Virus record (IMG/VR): IMGVR_UViG_3300022696_000137
Span: 1 to 56,032 of that record
Length of the DNA stretch: 56,032 bases
Reading direction: 5' to 3' (one strand)
Origin: a virus
Taxonomy: Duplodnaviria; Caudoviricetes
In this document: piece by piece, positions 19,436 through 29,162 of the stretch
Layout of the letters: every line of letters begins with the position of its first letter
How positions within the stretch are numbered: the first letter of the stretch is position 1
Position numbers and translations under genes: made by a program
Notes under the pieces: generated by a model
What the model saw: only the letters and a program-made list of their open reading frames with translations
What the model was told of the DNA's origin: nothing
Databases searched by the model: none

Positions 19436-19807
19436 TTACCAATCACCACCCTCACAATATGTTTCTTTACCAACTTTTGTTTCGTAAACTCTAACTTTAA
19501 ATTTAAGTTCGGGTCTATCTTTTCTTAACTCTTTATAAATCCAATGAGTAATATTTTCTGCTGTTGGATTAATGTCATTTTCCTTAAAATAAGGAATGTC
19601 ATTAATCAACCTGTGATCCATTTTTTCTTTTAATTTCTTTACATTTCCAAAATCATAAAGAATACCGATTTCATCACATTGGTCTATTGTACCACGAACC
19701 CAAATTTCTATAAACCAGCTATGGCCGTGTAGTTCCGCACATTTACCCTTATAATTTTTCAAATAATGACTTGAATCTATTGTTGTTTCAGTATGAAGTG
19801 TAAGCAT
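19436..19807 (-). CDS. queD: 6-carboxytetrahydropterin synthase
   Basis: SHYL, CAELHGHSW, DF, DH, NPTAEN, YET. Confidence 0.95.
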   Translation of the reverse strand: MLTLHTETTIDSSHYLKNYKGKCAELHGHSWFIEIWVRGTIDQCDEIGILYDFGNVKKLKEKMDHRLINDIPYFKENDINPTAENITHWIYKELRKDRPELKFKVRVYETKVGKETYCEGGDW

Positions 19808-19834
19808 CCTTTTCTCCTTTGAAATTTTACCTTT

Positions 19835-19863
19835 AATATACTATTTTATAATATAATTGTCAA
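19835..19863 (-). promoter_or_regulatory. Repeated phage promoter TTGACAATTATA
   Basis: TTGACA-N17-TATATT upstream of queD. Confidence 0.8.
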
Positions 19864-20806
19864 GAAAAATTAAACATTTCTTAATAATTTCTTGTTTATC
19901 TTTTCTATAATCATCTTCCCACACAACCAACACATCAAATCCCAAACTTCTAATAAAATCTAATTTTATTTTATCTTGATTCCATATTTCTTTAGATGTT
20001 AAAGGAATATAAGGATTTGGTTTTTCGTTTTCAGAAAACAATTTAGGATTAGCATGAAATTTGTTTCCATTAAATTCTATAATTTTCTTTCTTTTGGTAT
20101 CAACAAAATCAAAATAAAAACCTTTATGATTTACGTTATCCGTCTTTTGAAATTCTTTATTTAATTCAGCGAAATAAAGGTGGTCTTTGTCTTCCAATTG
20201 TTGAAAAATTTCCCAAAATAAATCTTGAGAAATCTTAGAATATTTGACATTTCTATATTTGTCAAACACTAATTTTCTTAAAGTTATCAAACTGGGATTA
20301 ATTTTATAAGATTGTTTTATACTGTTTGAAATTTTCTTTCTTATTTCACTTTTTTTAGCGACATTTTCTTCACCAGATCTAAACCCACATTTTGGTTTGT
20401 TTGTTCCATATATTTCTTTGTATGTTTTTCCTTTTGAAAAATGGCCTTGTAAATATTTACTTTTCCCTATCACAATTCCACCACACCCACATTCACAAGG
20501 GTGAGGTGTGTTCCTACACTCACCACAAATATTTAGTGTTTTCTTTTCAAAAAAGGGAAACTTTTTTCCACAATCTTTGCAAATTAAATATCCTTTAAAT
20601 CCCCACTTAAACACTTCTTTAGGAATATCCTTCACATTAATTTCTTTAATGTAATAAGAATACACTTTACGAGATCCGCTGTATTTACTTAATTTCTTTT
20701 TGAATAAAGATTTTAAAAAATTATTTTTTTCAATTTTCTTTTCTGATAAACCTAAAAAAGTACAAGAAACATAACCAGAATATTTTTCATAAGTCCACAA
20801 TGCCAT
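19841..20806 (-). mobile_element. Free-standing putative homing endonuclease (Vsr/DUF559-like nuclease)
   Basis: CECGCG, FDF...IIEFNGNKFH...IWNQD..K...VWEDD; inserted between queE and queD. Confidence 0.75.
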
Positions 20807-20833
20807 AAATACCTCCCTTTTAAGATATTTATG
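20804..20833 (-). promoter_or_regulatory. Late-promoter-like CATAAATA paired with the RBS and ATG in a hairpin
   Basis: CATAAATATCTT-AAAAGG-GAGGTATTTATG, 12-bp stem including G-U pairs. Confidence 0.65.
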
Positions 20834-20869
20834 ACATTGCAGAATTTTACATGGGTTACTTATGATAAT

Positions 20870-21565
20870 CTAAACATTTCTTTTATTTTCAAATAAAAAT
20901 ATATGAGATCTTAAAGATATATTCCACCCCTCTCTCATAATATGATCCCAATGCTTATTTATCTTTGTATGAAGTGTGTTTGAATCAATGCCCACAGGCT
21001 GAACATAAACCCTTTCTACTGGAATATTCCATTCTTCAATTTTCCATTTAATTATATCTAAATCTCTTTCATCATTAAAAAGGAACTTAACAATATATTG
21101 AACTTTACCATTTTCAAGTTCAAAATTTTGTAAGTGTGGAATTAACTTTGGTGTTAAATTGGTAGGCTTATCTTGTGTGAAATTAATTTTTGGTGAAATA
21201 TTAAAAATTAAATTCCGGGAATTTTCTTTTAAATAAAGAAGGTCTTCCTCAGGAACAATAACAGTTCCGTTAGTTTCTATTTCAATTGGCATATAACCAA
21301 GTTTCCCAATAATATTTTTTATTGAAGAAACATTTCGAGGCAATAAAGGTTCTCCACCAGTAAATACAATAGCATTAACTTTTAATGCTTGTTTAATCAC
21401 ATCTGTCAACTCAAAATCATAAACCTCAATCGGATCTTTCCAAGTGTACGGTGTATCACATTCAGTACAAGATAAATTACAATTTGGAAATCTTACAAAT
21501 AAACACTGTCTGCCTTGATATTTTCCTTCACCTTGAATACTGGTAAAAAGTTCAGTAATCTTCAT
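20870..21565 (-). CDS. queE: 7-carboxy-7-deazaguanine synthase (radical SAM)
   Basis: ELFTSIQGEG, FVRF..CNLSCTECDT, TGGEP, IETNG, ISPK. Confidence 0.95.
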   Translation of the reverse strand: MKITELFTSIQGEGKYQGRQCLFVRFPNCNLSCTECDTPYTWKDPIEVYDFELTDVIKQALKVNAIVFTGGEPLLPRNVSSIKNIIGKLGYMPIEIETNGTVIVPEEDLLYLKENSRNLIFNISPKINFTQDKPTNLTPKLIPHLQNFELENGKVQYIVKFLFNDERDLDIIKWKIEEWNIPVERVYVQPVGIDSNTLHTKINKHWDHIMREGWNISLRSHIFLFENKRNV

Positions 21566-21595
21566 TTTTTCTCCTTAAACAATTTTATATTATCA

Positions 21596-21624
21596 AATAT
21601 TCAATTTTAAAATATAATTGTCAA
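21596..21624 (-). promoter_or_regulatory. Repeated phage promoter TTGACAATTATA
   Basis: TTGACA-N17-AATATT upstream of queE. Confidence 0.75.
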
Positions 21625-21839
21625 CATAAATATAAAGATTTTTTTGTTTTTAACTGATTTATCACCCAACAATCTTTATATGCTTTCTTTACATTAGATA
21701 TTTCTTCATTTTTACATTTAATATAAATTTTAAATTCATCATTTTCAAAATTAACTTTTATAGAAATATCATTTGAGAGGTAGGAAGAAAGGCAATTTTT
21801 AATCGCCTTTCTTATTAAATAAAGTGGATTTTCATTCAT
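21621..21839 (-). CDS. Hypothetical protein
   Basis: ORF with GAGG SD directly after nrdD. Confidence 0.55.
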   Translation of the reverse strand: MNENPLYLIRKAIKNCLSSYLSNDISIKVNFENDEFKIYIKCKNEEISNVKKAYKDCWVINQLKTKKSLYLC

Positions 21840-21843
21840 ATTA

Positions 21844-23877
21844 TTAAACCTCTGTATTATCTACAACGGATAAATCACAAAAAGTTCTTTTAGGAAATTC
21901 CCATTCTCTTCTAACATCTTGCCAAGATGAAACGGGAGTAAAAAATCCTACAACTCTTGTATATTTCTCTTTTATAGGTTTACTACATTCTCCACAAATA
22001 TTAAGATTCCCAAAATTCATGTGACCATCTTCACACTCACTCCAAACACTATTTAATGCGAAATGTTCACATCCACTATTAATTGCATATTTAATAATTT
22101 TTTCTGTTTGAATTGCTGTTACTCTTTCACCAATTTGAATATGAACAATACCACCACCAGTAATTAATTTATTATATTTTCCGTCTTCATCCATTTTATC
22201 CCAAATAGACGCATCTTCCCAAAGAGGAATAAATTGATTGGCATACAAATTATATGGAATTTTTTTATCTCCATAAATCAATTTATCAGCCTTTGATAAT
22301 CTAATAGCAAAAGATTCTGCGGGAATCTGTTCAATATTACCAATAATTTCATATTTTTTAGATGTTTCCGAAACCTTTTCATTAAAAAATTCTAAGACTT
22401 CAGCTGTAATATCAGAACCATTACCAAATTTCTTTTCGAATTCTTTAGCTCCTTCATATAACCCCAATAAACCAAACGTTGAAAAAAGTCTGTTCATGTT
22501 TATCCAACCATTAGAAATAAACATTTGTAATCCTTGCTGAGTAAGAGTCTTAATTAAATTTTTATGCGCTTTTAAAATTTTAGCTGCGGAATCTATTCTT
22601 TCATTTAAAATTTCAAAAAATTCTTTTTTAGTTTTCGCTTCCTTTGCAATCCTCATAAAATTAATTGTACATACTCTATGACTCCCAAGAGAAATAGACC
22701 CACCCCCACCAAATGAATTAGCGTGTGCCGCAAAATCTAACATTTCAGTATTATTGATTAGGCGACAACATGAGGCTATTTTAGTGCCTTCAGACACAAA
22801 AATATTATATCTGTAAATGTCTCTTCTACATGATTGTTTAAGAAATTTGGTATCTTCAATAATTTCTTTATCTCCCCATTTCTTTTTAGCAAAATTAATT
22901 GTAACAACGGGAAATCTATAAGGCGAACCATTTTTAAGCGGGTCTCCTCTATCAAAAAAATCAAGAAAAATATTTTGAATTTCCATTATATAATCTACAA
23001 CATAATTAAGGTAAAATTCATTTTCATCTTCTTCAGTTTCCAAATTTTTTGGTTTATCAATTGGAAGTTGTTCAAATGGAAAATACCAACTCATATCTTT
23101 AATAAGAGCTTTTAATTTAACACTATCAAAAATTGAAACATTTGTAAATGGAGATTCAGCGCCACTTCTTGATAAATGATTAACTGAATGAATAAATTGT
23201 TGACATTCATTTTCTAATTTTTTTCTATAACGTTTATTTGTTTTTAATTCTCTTAAATCAAATTTATCTTTACCATATAATGATAAATGTGCGACATCTA
23301 AGAAAAAAGACCCAATAGCAATAGCTCCTGCGAGATGAGAGCTTAATTGATGAATAGTTTCACAAAGAGCTGAAATATAACTCGAAACTCTTTTTGCTGG
23401 TTTAGAATGGAGCTGACCAAAACGTCTGCCTAATGTAACAATTTTAGATGCATCAAGTGACCAACAATAAGGTTTTAAAATATTTGTTGAGTCTGATAAT
23501 CCTAAACTTAAATCATACATTTCTCCACTTAAACGTTTAGCTTCTTGTTTCCCATAAAGAGAAACCATTTGTCTATAAAGTAAGTCATATCCAATAGCTT
23601 TTTTTACTGGAGCTATGGATTCTTGTGAAATTGCTTCTATAGTTTTTTCATTTTTATTAGAATTAGCATCTATCGAAACATCATTTAACTTTTCTGTTAT
23701 TACTGTTTCTATATTTTTCACAAAATCAAATCTATTTTTTGTTAAGCCATGGATTTCCAAAAAATCTTCTACAACTTCATCTGATTCAAGGTCATATTTA
23801 CTCTTTAAATTTTGTTTTATAGATCTTTTAATATTTCTTAAAGTTCTTGTTGTTGTAATATTATCTTCACTAAACAT
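21844..23877 (-). CDS. nrdD: Anaerobic (class III) ribonucleotide reductase
   Basis: SPFTNVS, FPVVT, SCCRL, EQIPAES, C-terminal Zn site and YTRVVGF glycyl-radical motif. Confidence 0.95.
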   Translation of the reverse strand: MFSEDNITTTRTLRNIKRSIKQNLKSKYDLESDEVVEDFLEIHGLTKNRFDFVKNIETVITEKLNDVSIDANSNKNEKTIEAISQESIAPVKKAIGYDLLYRQMVSLYGKQEAKRLSGEMYDLSLGLSDSTNILKPYCWSLDASKIVTLGRRFGQLHSKPAKRVSSYISALCETIHQLSSHLAGAIAIGSFFLDVAHLSLYGKDKFDLRELKTNKRYRKKLENECQQFIHSVNHLSRSGAESPFTNVSIFDSVKLKALIKDMSWYFPFEQLPIDKPKNLETEEDENEFYLNYVVDYIMEIQNIFLDFFDRGDPLKNGSPYRFPVVTINFAKKKWGDKEIIEDTKFLKQSCRRDIYRYNIFVSEGTKIASCCRLINNTEMLDFAAHANSFGGGGSISLGSHRVCTINFMRIAKEAKTKKEFFEILNERIDSAAKILKAHKNLIKTLTQQGLQMFISNGWINMNRLFSTFGLLGLYEGAKEFEKKFGNGSDITAEVLEFFNEKVSETSKKYEIIGNIEQIPAESFAIRLSKADKLIYGDKKIPYNLYANQFIPLWEDASIWDKMDEDGKYNKLITGGGIVHIQIGERVTAIQTEKIIKYAINSGCEHFALNSVWSECEDGHMNFGNLNICGECSKPIKEKYTRVVGFFTPVSSWQDVRREWEFPKRTFCDLSVVDNTEV

Positions 23878-24409
23878 TCCCCTTGTCTCCTGTAATAAAG
23901 TTTAAAACACCATTTTCGCTTAACAAATTAAGTTCAGAATCAAATATTTTTTGGTTTTTAGATGCCAAGAAAAATTTAAAATCTGTTTTTCTTGATTCTT
24001 GCTTTTTTTCCTCAACATATTTTCCACATTTCAAGAATTTAAAACCATTTACTTTATTTTCTTTTACATAATTTATATCATATCCTGTATAAATCATAAA
24101 ATTTAAATGCTTTAATTTTCTTAAAATATTTTTAGTAAATTTAATATTTTGGGGGTGAAGAGGATCTCCACCCTCAAAAACTATTTTATTTGTTCTATGT
24201 TTTTTGGAAACATCTTCAATTAATTTTGTAAATTCTTTTTCATTTATCAAATAAGAATTTTTATAATTAAAATCAGAAAATTGAGGATTATGACAACCCT
24301 TACATTTATGTTCACGTCCCATAATATAAACTATTATAGCTAAACTTTCATTATCCGCATAATCTAAAAAGGATGTACTAAACGGTAAAATTATTCTTAC
24401 TTTTTGCAC
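23870..24409 (-). CDS. nrdG: Class III RNR activase (first Cys of CxxxCxxC reads as Arg)
   Basis: GREHKCKGCHN, GGDPL, IYTGY, GKY, SKNQ; adjacent to nrdD. Confidence 0.85.
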   Translation of the reverse strand: MQKVRIILPFSTSFLDYADNESLAIIVYIMGREHKCKGCHNPQFSDFNYKNSYLINEKEFTKLIEDVSKKHRTNKIVFEGGDPLHPQNIKFTKNILRKLKHLNFMIYTGYDINYVKENKVNGFKFLKCGKYVEEKKQESRKTDFKFFLASKNQKIFDSELNLLSENGVLNFITGDKGNV

Positions 24410-24612
24410 TTAAAATCCCTTTGTTCTTCAAGACATCGTAATCTTTCAGTCAATATTTTCATATCATACTTAAATCTTTTACTTTTAATAAGTCGTTTTA
24501 TATAGTCAATGGATTTGACTATTTGTTCGTCCGTCATCCAAGAAATTGGACGCATAATAGATTGATTGGCTCCCCAATTAATATAACCAGTTTTTGTTTT
24601 GTTTCTAATCAA
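24397..24612 (-). CDS. Hypothetical protein
   Basis: Short ORF in operon with AAGGA SD. Confidence 0.5.
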   Translation of the reverse strand: MIRNKTKTGYINWGANQSIMRPISWMTDEQIVKSIDYIKRLIKSKRFKYDMKILTERLRCLEEQRDFKCKK

Positions 24613-24635
24613 AATAAATTCCTTTATGTTTTTTT

Positions 24636-25111
24636 TTAGAAAAGATCTTCCTTTGTAAAAATTAAAAATTCTAAACCATTACTTTTACAAAATGCTTTGG
24701 CTGCCTGCCATTTAGATGTATTTTGTTGATAAGTTTTAAGTTCTCTTAAATATCTTCTCATAGCTTTTTTATTTCTATTTTTTGGTGGTTTAGGAACATA
24801 AACACCATTCTTTGTTTTAACCGGACCTTGTTGTGCAGGTTTTACTTCAACTAAAATCTTTCTAAATTTTTCATTATTGTCAATTATTTCCAAATACACA
24901 TCTGGAATATAGATATGTCTCCTACCATCTACAATATTTATATAAGGAATTTTTATACATTCAGAGCACCATCTTTGAACTTTAGTGTTTTTAACGCAAA
25001 AAAAAAAAAAAAAAACCTCCGTTCCCACGAGGAACGGAATATCGGATTTACATTACCAATATATTTCTTTTTATTTTCTACATCATATATCCCTTGATAC
25101 CAACTTCTCAT
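24636..25111 (-). CDS. gp4: Head completion nuclease (T4 gp4/TnsA-like), frameshifted at a T18 run
   Basis: MRSWYQG...KYIG...RSSWERRF in one frame; CVKN...WCSE..IPY...YIPD...EVKP...KWQAA in another. Confidence 0.8.
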
Positions 25112-25943
25112 ATTTCTCCCTCCAACATTTCCAACCTTTATACACACCTTTTGTATTAAGATGATAGTTAATAACAGTATATTCAAAGTTTAAGTTTTTA
25201 TTATTTTCACAAAATTCTCTTAATGTTATTCCCATTGTATTCAATATTACTCCGTCTTTCTCGAAAAAATAAACCCACCTAAAATTAGGATTCTTTATCC
25301 CATTAACATTATTTCGTCTCTTTTTCCTTATTTCAGGTTTGTTTAATGCTTTTATTACGTTTTTATTTCTACGTTCCACCCAATCTTTATCTTTACATTT
25401 TTCTATCATTCTTTTTTTCATAATATAACTCATTCTAATACTTATTTGTTCTCTCTCTTTACTTGATTTTTCTCTAAAGAATCCAAGCATTCTTTCACTC
25501 ATTAATTTTCTTTGTTTTTCTTTTCTTTCTTTTGTCCAAGAATTACTTATTTTTTGTCTAACTTCTTTTCTCTTTGCTGGATTATTTTCTCCCTTAAATC
25601 TTTCACTCATCATTTTTCTTTGATGTTCATTAGGTGTCCATCCTTTATAACCTTTTCCTCCTAATGAAGTATTATAACCATTTTTAACACTATCAAAATG
25701 TTTTATCCAATAAATTTCTGTTTCATCCAATAAATCATAATTAATACCATCAGCTGTATTCAATATGCAAATTATTTTCCATTCAAGTGATTCCCACCCA
25801 TATTTTTTAATGGCTTTAAAAAATTTACTATCACATCCTCTTTTCAAATCAGATAAATGTTCTTGCTTTCTCTTTTCCAAATCTCTTGTGGTTTGACCTA
25901 TATAAGATTTATTGTTAGGAAATACGACTCTATAAACCAACAT
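25083..25943 (-). mobile_element. GIY-YIG homing endonuclease with NUMOD3-like repeats
   Basis: VYRVVF...YIGQT...R..EH, EIYWI, GYN, GENNP. Confidence 0.85.
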
Positions 25944-25971
25944 AAATAACCTCTTTCTTAAGTTATTTATG
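25941..25971 (-). promoter_or_regulatory. Late-promoter-like CATAAATA paired with the RBS and ATG in a hairpin
   Basis: CATAAATAACTT-AAGAAAG-AGGTTATTTATG; perfect 10-bp inverted repeat. Confidence 0.7.
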
Positions 25972-25996
25972 TTTTTTTATTAACCCGAACAAAAAC

Positions 25997-26890
25997 TTAT
26001 TTAATCATCTTTAGATAATCTCTATATATTTTGAGATCCTCTACAAATTTGTTGATTTTATTCTTTAATAACCATTGAAATACTGTAAATTCATTATAAG
26101 GTTTAATTTGATACGTGTCAAACTGTTTACTGATGACCTGACGGATATATAACGGTATAAAATCAAAATCAATAAGTGTTCGATTTAACTCATATTTTTT
26201 ACGAACATCATCTTCTTCAAGATAATTATCAAGACCATTTTTTATCCATTTTTCTGCCGTTGCTTTACCAACTCTGGATTTTATTTGAGGAATATTATCA
26301 GATGTGTCTCCCGTCAATATTTTAACTTCTAAATCCATTTGTGGGTTAATACTCTCTATAAATTTCTTTTTAACTGGATTATATATTTTAACTTTGGGAA
26401 TTTTAAGAAGCTGAATCATATCATTATCTGTAGTGATAATAATTTTTTTCATATTCATCATTTTTTCCCTACAAAGTACAGCTATAATATCATCAGCCTC
26501 ACAACCTTCATTTTTAATAGAATATATATTACCAAAAACCTTTTTAAAATCCGTCAAAAATGAATCCATTACTGGATAAAATTTTTCAAAATCAATTGAT
26601 GATTTTCGCCTTGCTTCCTTTCTTTGACCTTTATAATCTTTATATATTTCTTTACGCCAATTATGTTTATGATCTATAGCAAATATAACTTTATCAGGAT
26701 TAAATTGTTTAATTGCAGCAAAGAAAGAATTCATCATAAGAAAACGCCAATAAAAAAACTCTAAATCTTCAGGCGCACTAAAATTAGATATATGAAGACA
26801 GCGATACACTAAATTATGAACATCAAAAAATAATACCGTTGGTGTTTTAGGAGGCAAATCCAAAAACTTACTTAATTTTGTTTTTTTCAT
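25997..26890 (-). CDS. rnh: T4 RNase H / 5'-3' exonuclease (FEN family)
   Basis: WRK..Y.DYKGQR, EADDII, DND, GDTSDNIP. Confidence 0.9.
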   Translation of the reverse strand: MKKTKLSKFLDLPPKTPTVLFFDVHNLVYRCLHISNFSAPEDLEFFYWRFLMMNSFFAAIKQFNPDKVIFAIDHKHNWRKEIYKDYKGQRKEARRKSSIDFEKFYPVMDSFLTDFKKVFGNIYSIKNEGCEADDIIAVLCREKMMNMKKIIITTDNDMIQLLKIPKVKIYNPVKKKFIESINPQMDLEVKILTGDTSDNIPQIKSRVGKATAEKWIKNGLDNYLEEDDVRKKYELNRTLIDFDFIPLYIRQVISKQFDTYQIKPYNEFTVFQWLLKNKINKFVEDLKIYRDYLKMIK

Positions 26891-27539
26891 GTATAATCTC
26901 TCTTTTCAAAAATGGTCTAACAAGAATATTTTCTGGGTAGGACTTAGTGACTCTGTTAAACACTTCAATTTGTTTATCTGTCAAATCACGTAGAGAAATT
27001 GTTGCTTTTCTCAATTGCAATTCTTTATGAAGCAAATCAGCAATGAAATACGCATCGACTATATCTTCATTAACAGGACCATCCAATTTTTTGCCATCAT
27101 TAAGTGCATCATAAGTTTCTCTCATACGAACCTTATCTGCATTACCAAAGTTCGAGGCGAACTTCTTTATTGAGCCTGGATCATAAAGTCTTAAAGGAAT
27201 CCCACGTTGATAAAATTCAACTTTAAGTGCTCCTGTTGCTTCTGCAATATTGAATACACGACCGTGCGCCGCGAAAGCATAATCTTCAAACGCAACATAA
27301 TCTGGTTTACATTTTACATCATCCAAAATGGTATAATAAATTCTATCTCTGAAGGATAGATATTGTTCAATCCCATTAGGAAAATCTTTTTTCTTGTAAT
27401 AATACATTTTGTCAGAAGCATCTTTTTTCTTCTGAGTAAATCCAAGATAATTTCGTCTTATGATATTCAAATTATCATCGGTTACAAACCAAACCACACC
27501 TGGAGAATTTATTGAGTTATCAACGCCAACTATAACCAT
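26868..27539 (-). CDS. RuvC-like Holliday junction resolvase
   Basis: VGVDNSINSPG, AFEDYAF, GNADK, DIVDAY. Confidence 0.75.
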   Translation of the reverse strand: MVIVGVDNSINSPGVVWFVTDDNLNIIRRNYLGFTQKKKDASDKMYYYKKKDFPNGIEQYLSFRDRIYYTILDDVKCKPDYVAFEDYAFAAHGRVFNIAEATGALKVEFYQRGIPLRLYDPGSIKKFASNFGNADKVRMRETYDALNDGKKLDGPVNEDIVDAYFIADLLHKELQLRKATISLRDLTDKQIEVFNRVTKSYPENILVRPFLKREIIHEKNKIK

Positions 27540-28057
27540 TAATCAATCTCCTTCATTCTCATTATAACAGTACCGTCATCTCTAATTAATCCTTTATAAA
27601 GAATAATCTTTTTTCCTGAAAGTTCTTTTTCAGCCTTCTTAAGAGAATCAAATTTGTACGATTTTAAAACCACACATTCATTCTTACCATTAGATTTCAT
27701 TAAAGCAATTGGCTTATCTACACAAATAATAGTCGTATTATTGAATCTGTCAAGAACGAAATCTTCAGGGGTTTGAAGATCATCAAATGTGAGCATATCT
27801 TTTTCCAAATCTCTACTGTTCTTAATAATCTCTTTGGCTTTATCAAGATCACATTCAACTTCATCACAAAAAGTTTCTTGTTTATTCTTTTCTGCAATTT
27901 GTTCTGGTGTAAACATTTCAACACCTGAAAGTACTTCTTTCGCAACCTCAGGATCCACACCCTCTTTACAAATCTTATCTTGAATTTCGTCCATCACTTT
28001 TAAAGTTTTTTCATCTTTTTCATTTTGCTTTTTAATAAGTTCATCAAATTTTTTCAT
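27539..28057 (-). CDS. Hypothetical protein
   Basis: ORF with SD, coupled to its neighbours. Confidence 0.65.
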   Translation of the reverse strand: MKKFDELIKKQNEKDEKTLKVMDEIQDKICKEGVDPEVAKEVLSGVEMFTPEQIAEKNKQETFCDEVECDLDKAKEIIKNSRDLEKDMLTFDDLQTPEDFVLDRFNNTTIICVDKPIALMKSNGKNECVVLKSYKFDSLKKAEKELSGKKIILYKGLIRDDGTVIMRMKEID

Positions 28058-28061
28058 TATT

Positions 28062-29159
28062 TCAATAACCTCCGGTTAAATAAATTTTATCAAAGATACT
28101 TGTCGTGAAAAATTGATTTAGAGCCTCATACGACAAATGATTTTTGATTTTAGGAAAATTCAATACTAAATCATTTATATCTTTCACGCTGCCATTAAAT
28201 GCTATTGATTTTAAAAATGTTTGCCAAAGAAAAACTGATTTACCTTCAAGCAAATATTGATACGCCTTTTCCATTCCGGCCTTGTCATTATCAAACAAAT
28301 AATGACAATCAACTCCTTTAAGTGTCTCTCTAACCTTTTCAGGAATATTTGTTCCAAGTGTTGCAATAGAATTCTCTACGAATATTGAATCAATAGGGCC
28401 TTCTAAAACTGTAACTGGTCTCGTTTTATCTATATTGTAAATGCCGTAAACGGCTTCATCCCTATTTTCTTGTCTGTTAAGATATTTAGGCAACATATAC
28501 GGTAATAACGCCCTTCCCTGCCAATAATAAATATTTTCATCTTTATTGAAAAAAGGAATAATTAATCTATTTTTATATTTACCATCTGTTGCAAAAAACC
28601 AAGTTGACCAAACATCTTGAGTTATTCCTCTATTTTTACAAAAATTTATTGCTGCACCAAACATATTATTTTCATCACTATTATGTTCACAAAGAGGTTC
28701 AAAAAACTTAACGTCTTTAAGTTCTTTTCTCTTAATATTTTCTTTCTCTTTTTTTATTTCTTCTTTTTTCTTAATTTCAATTTTCTTCCATTTTATTTTA
28801 GATTCATCATCTTCTTTGTTAGAAAGAAGTTCTGAAATATAAGATTTGTAATTGGTTGGAAAATACAATTTCATCCAATATTCAGCATTCATTGATTTAC
28901 CACAATTATGACAATAAAACTGCCATGTTTTTCTTTTTTTCTTTGGATTATCCCTATAAAGAAGATACCCCCGCTGTTTAAATTTATTTGTTTTTGAATC
29001 ACCACAAATATTACAACGAAATCTTATAAGTGTTTTTTTAGATAGATCAGGTTTTACAAAAAATGTACCAATAACAATTCTAAGATGTTTTTCAAGAACA
29101 TAATCATTAAATATAAAATTCATAAGAAAAAGGGGAGCTTTCGCTCCCCCACCGTTCAT
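28062..29159 (-). CDS. gp61: DNA primase (T4 gp61-like); start at 29159 or 29123
   Basis: RCNICGDS...CHNCG Zn ribbon, RLIIPF, WQGR, EGPIDS, FDND, KDIND. Confidence 0.92.
   Translation of the reverse strand: MNGGGAKAPLFLMNFIFNDYVLEKHLRIVIGTFFVKPDLSKKTLIRFRCNICGDSKTNKFKQRGYLLYRDNPKKKRKTWQFYCHNCGKSMNAEYWMKLYFPTNYKSYISELLSNKEDDESKIKWKKIEIKKKEEIKKEKENIKRKELKDVKFFEPLCEHNSDENNMFGAAINFCKNRGITQDVWSTWFFATDGKYKNRLIIPFFNKDENIYYWQGRALLPYMLPKYLNRQENRDEAVYGIYNIDKTRPVTVLEGPIDSIFVENSIATLGTNIPEKVRETLKGVDCHYLFDNDKAGMEKAYQYLLEGKSVFLWQTFLKSIAFNGSVKDINDLVLNFPKIKNHLSYEALNQFFTTSIFDKIYLTGGY
29126..29150 (-). terminator. Rho-independent terminator after the SSB gene
   Basis: GGGGAGC-GAAA-GCTCCCC followed by TTTTT. 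Confidence 0.85.
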
Positions 29160-29162
29160 TTA

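Noticed and set aside
21844-23877. Group I intron or intein in nrdD (and in thyX or the helicase)
   Set aside because: These ORFs are continuous and normal in length with no splicing motifs; the four HEGs are intergenic.
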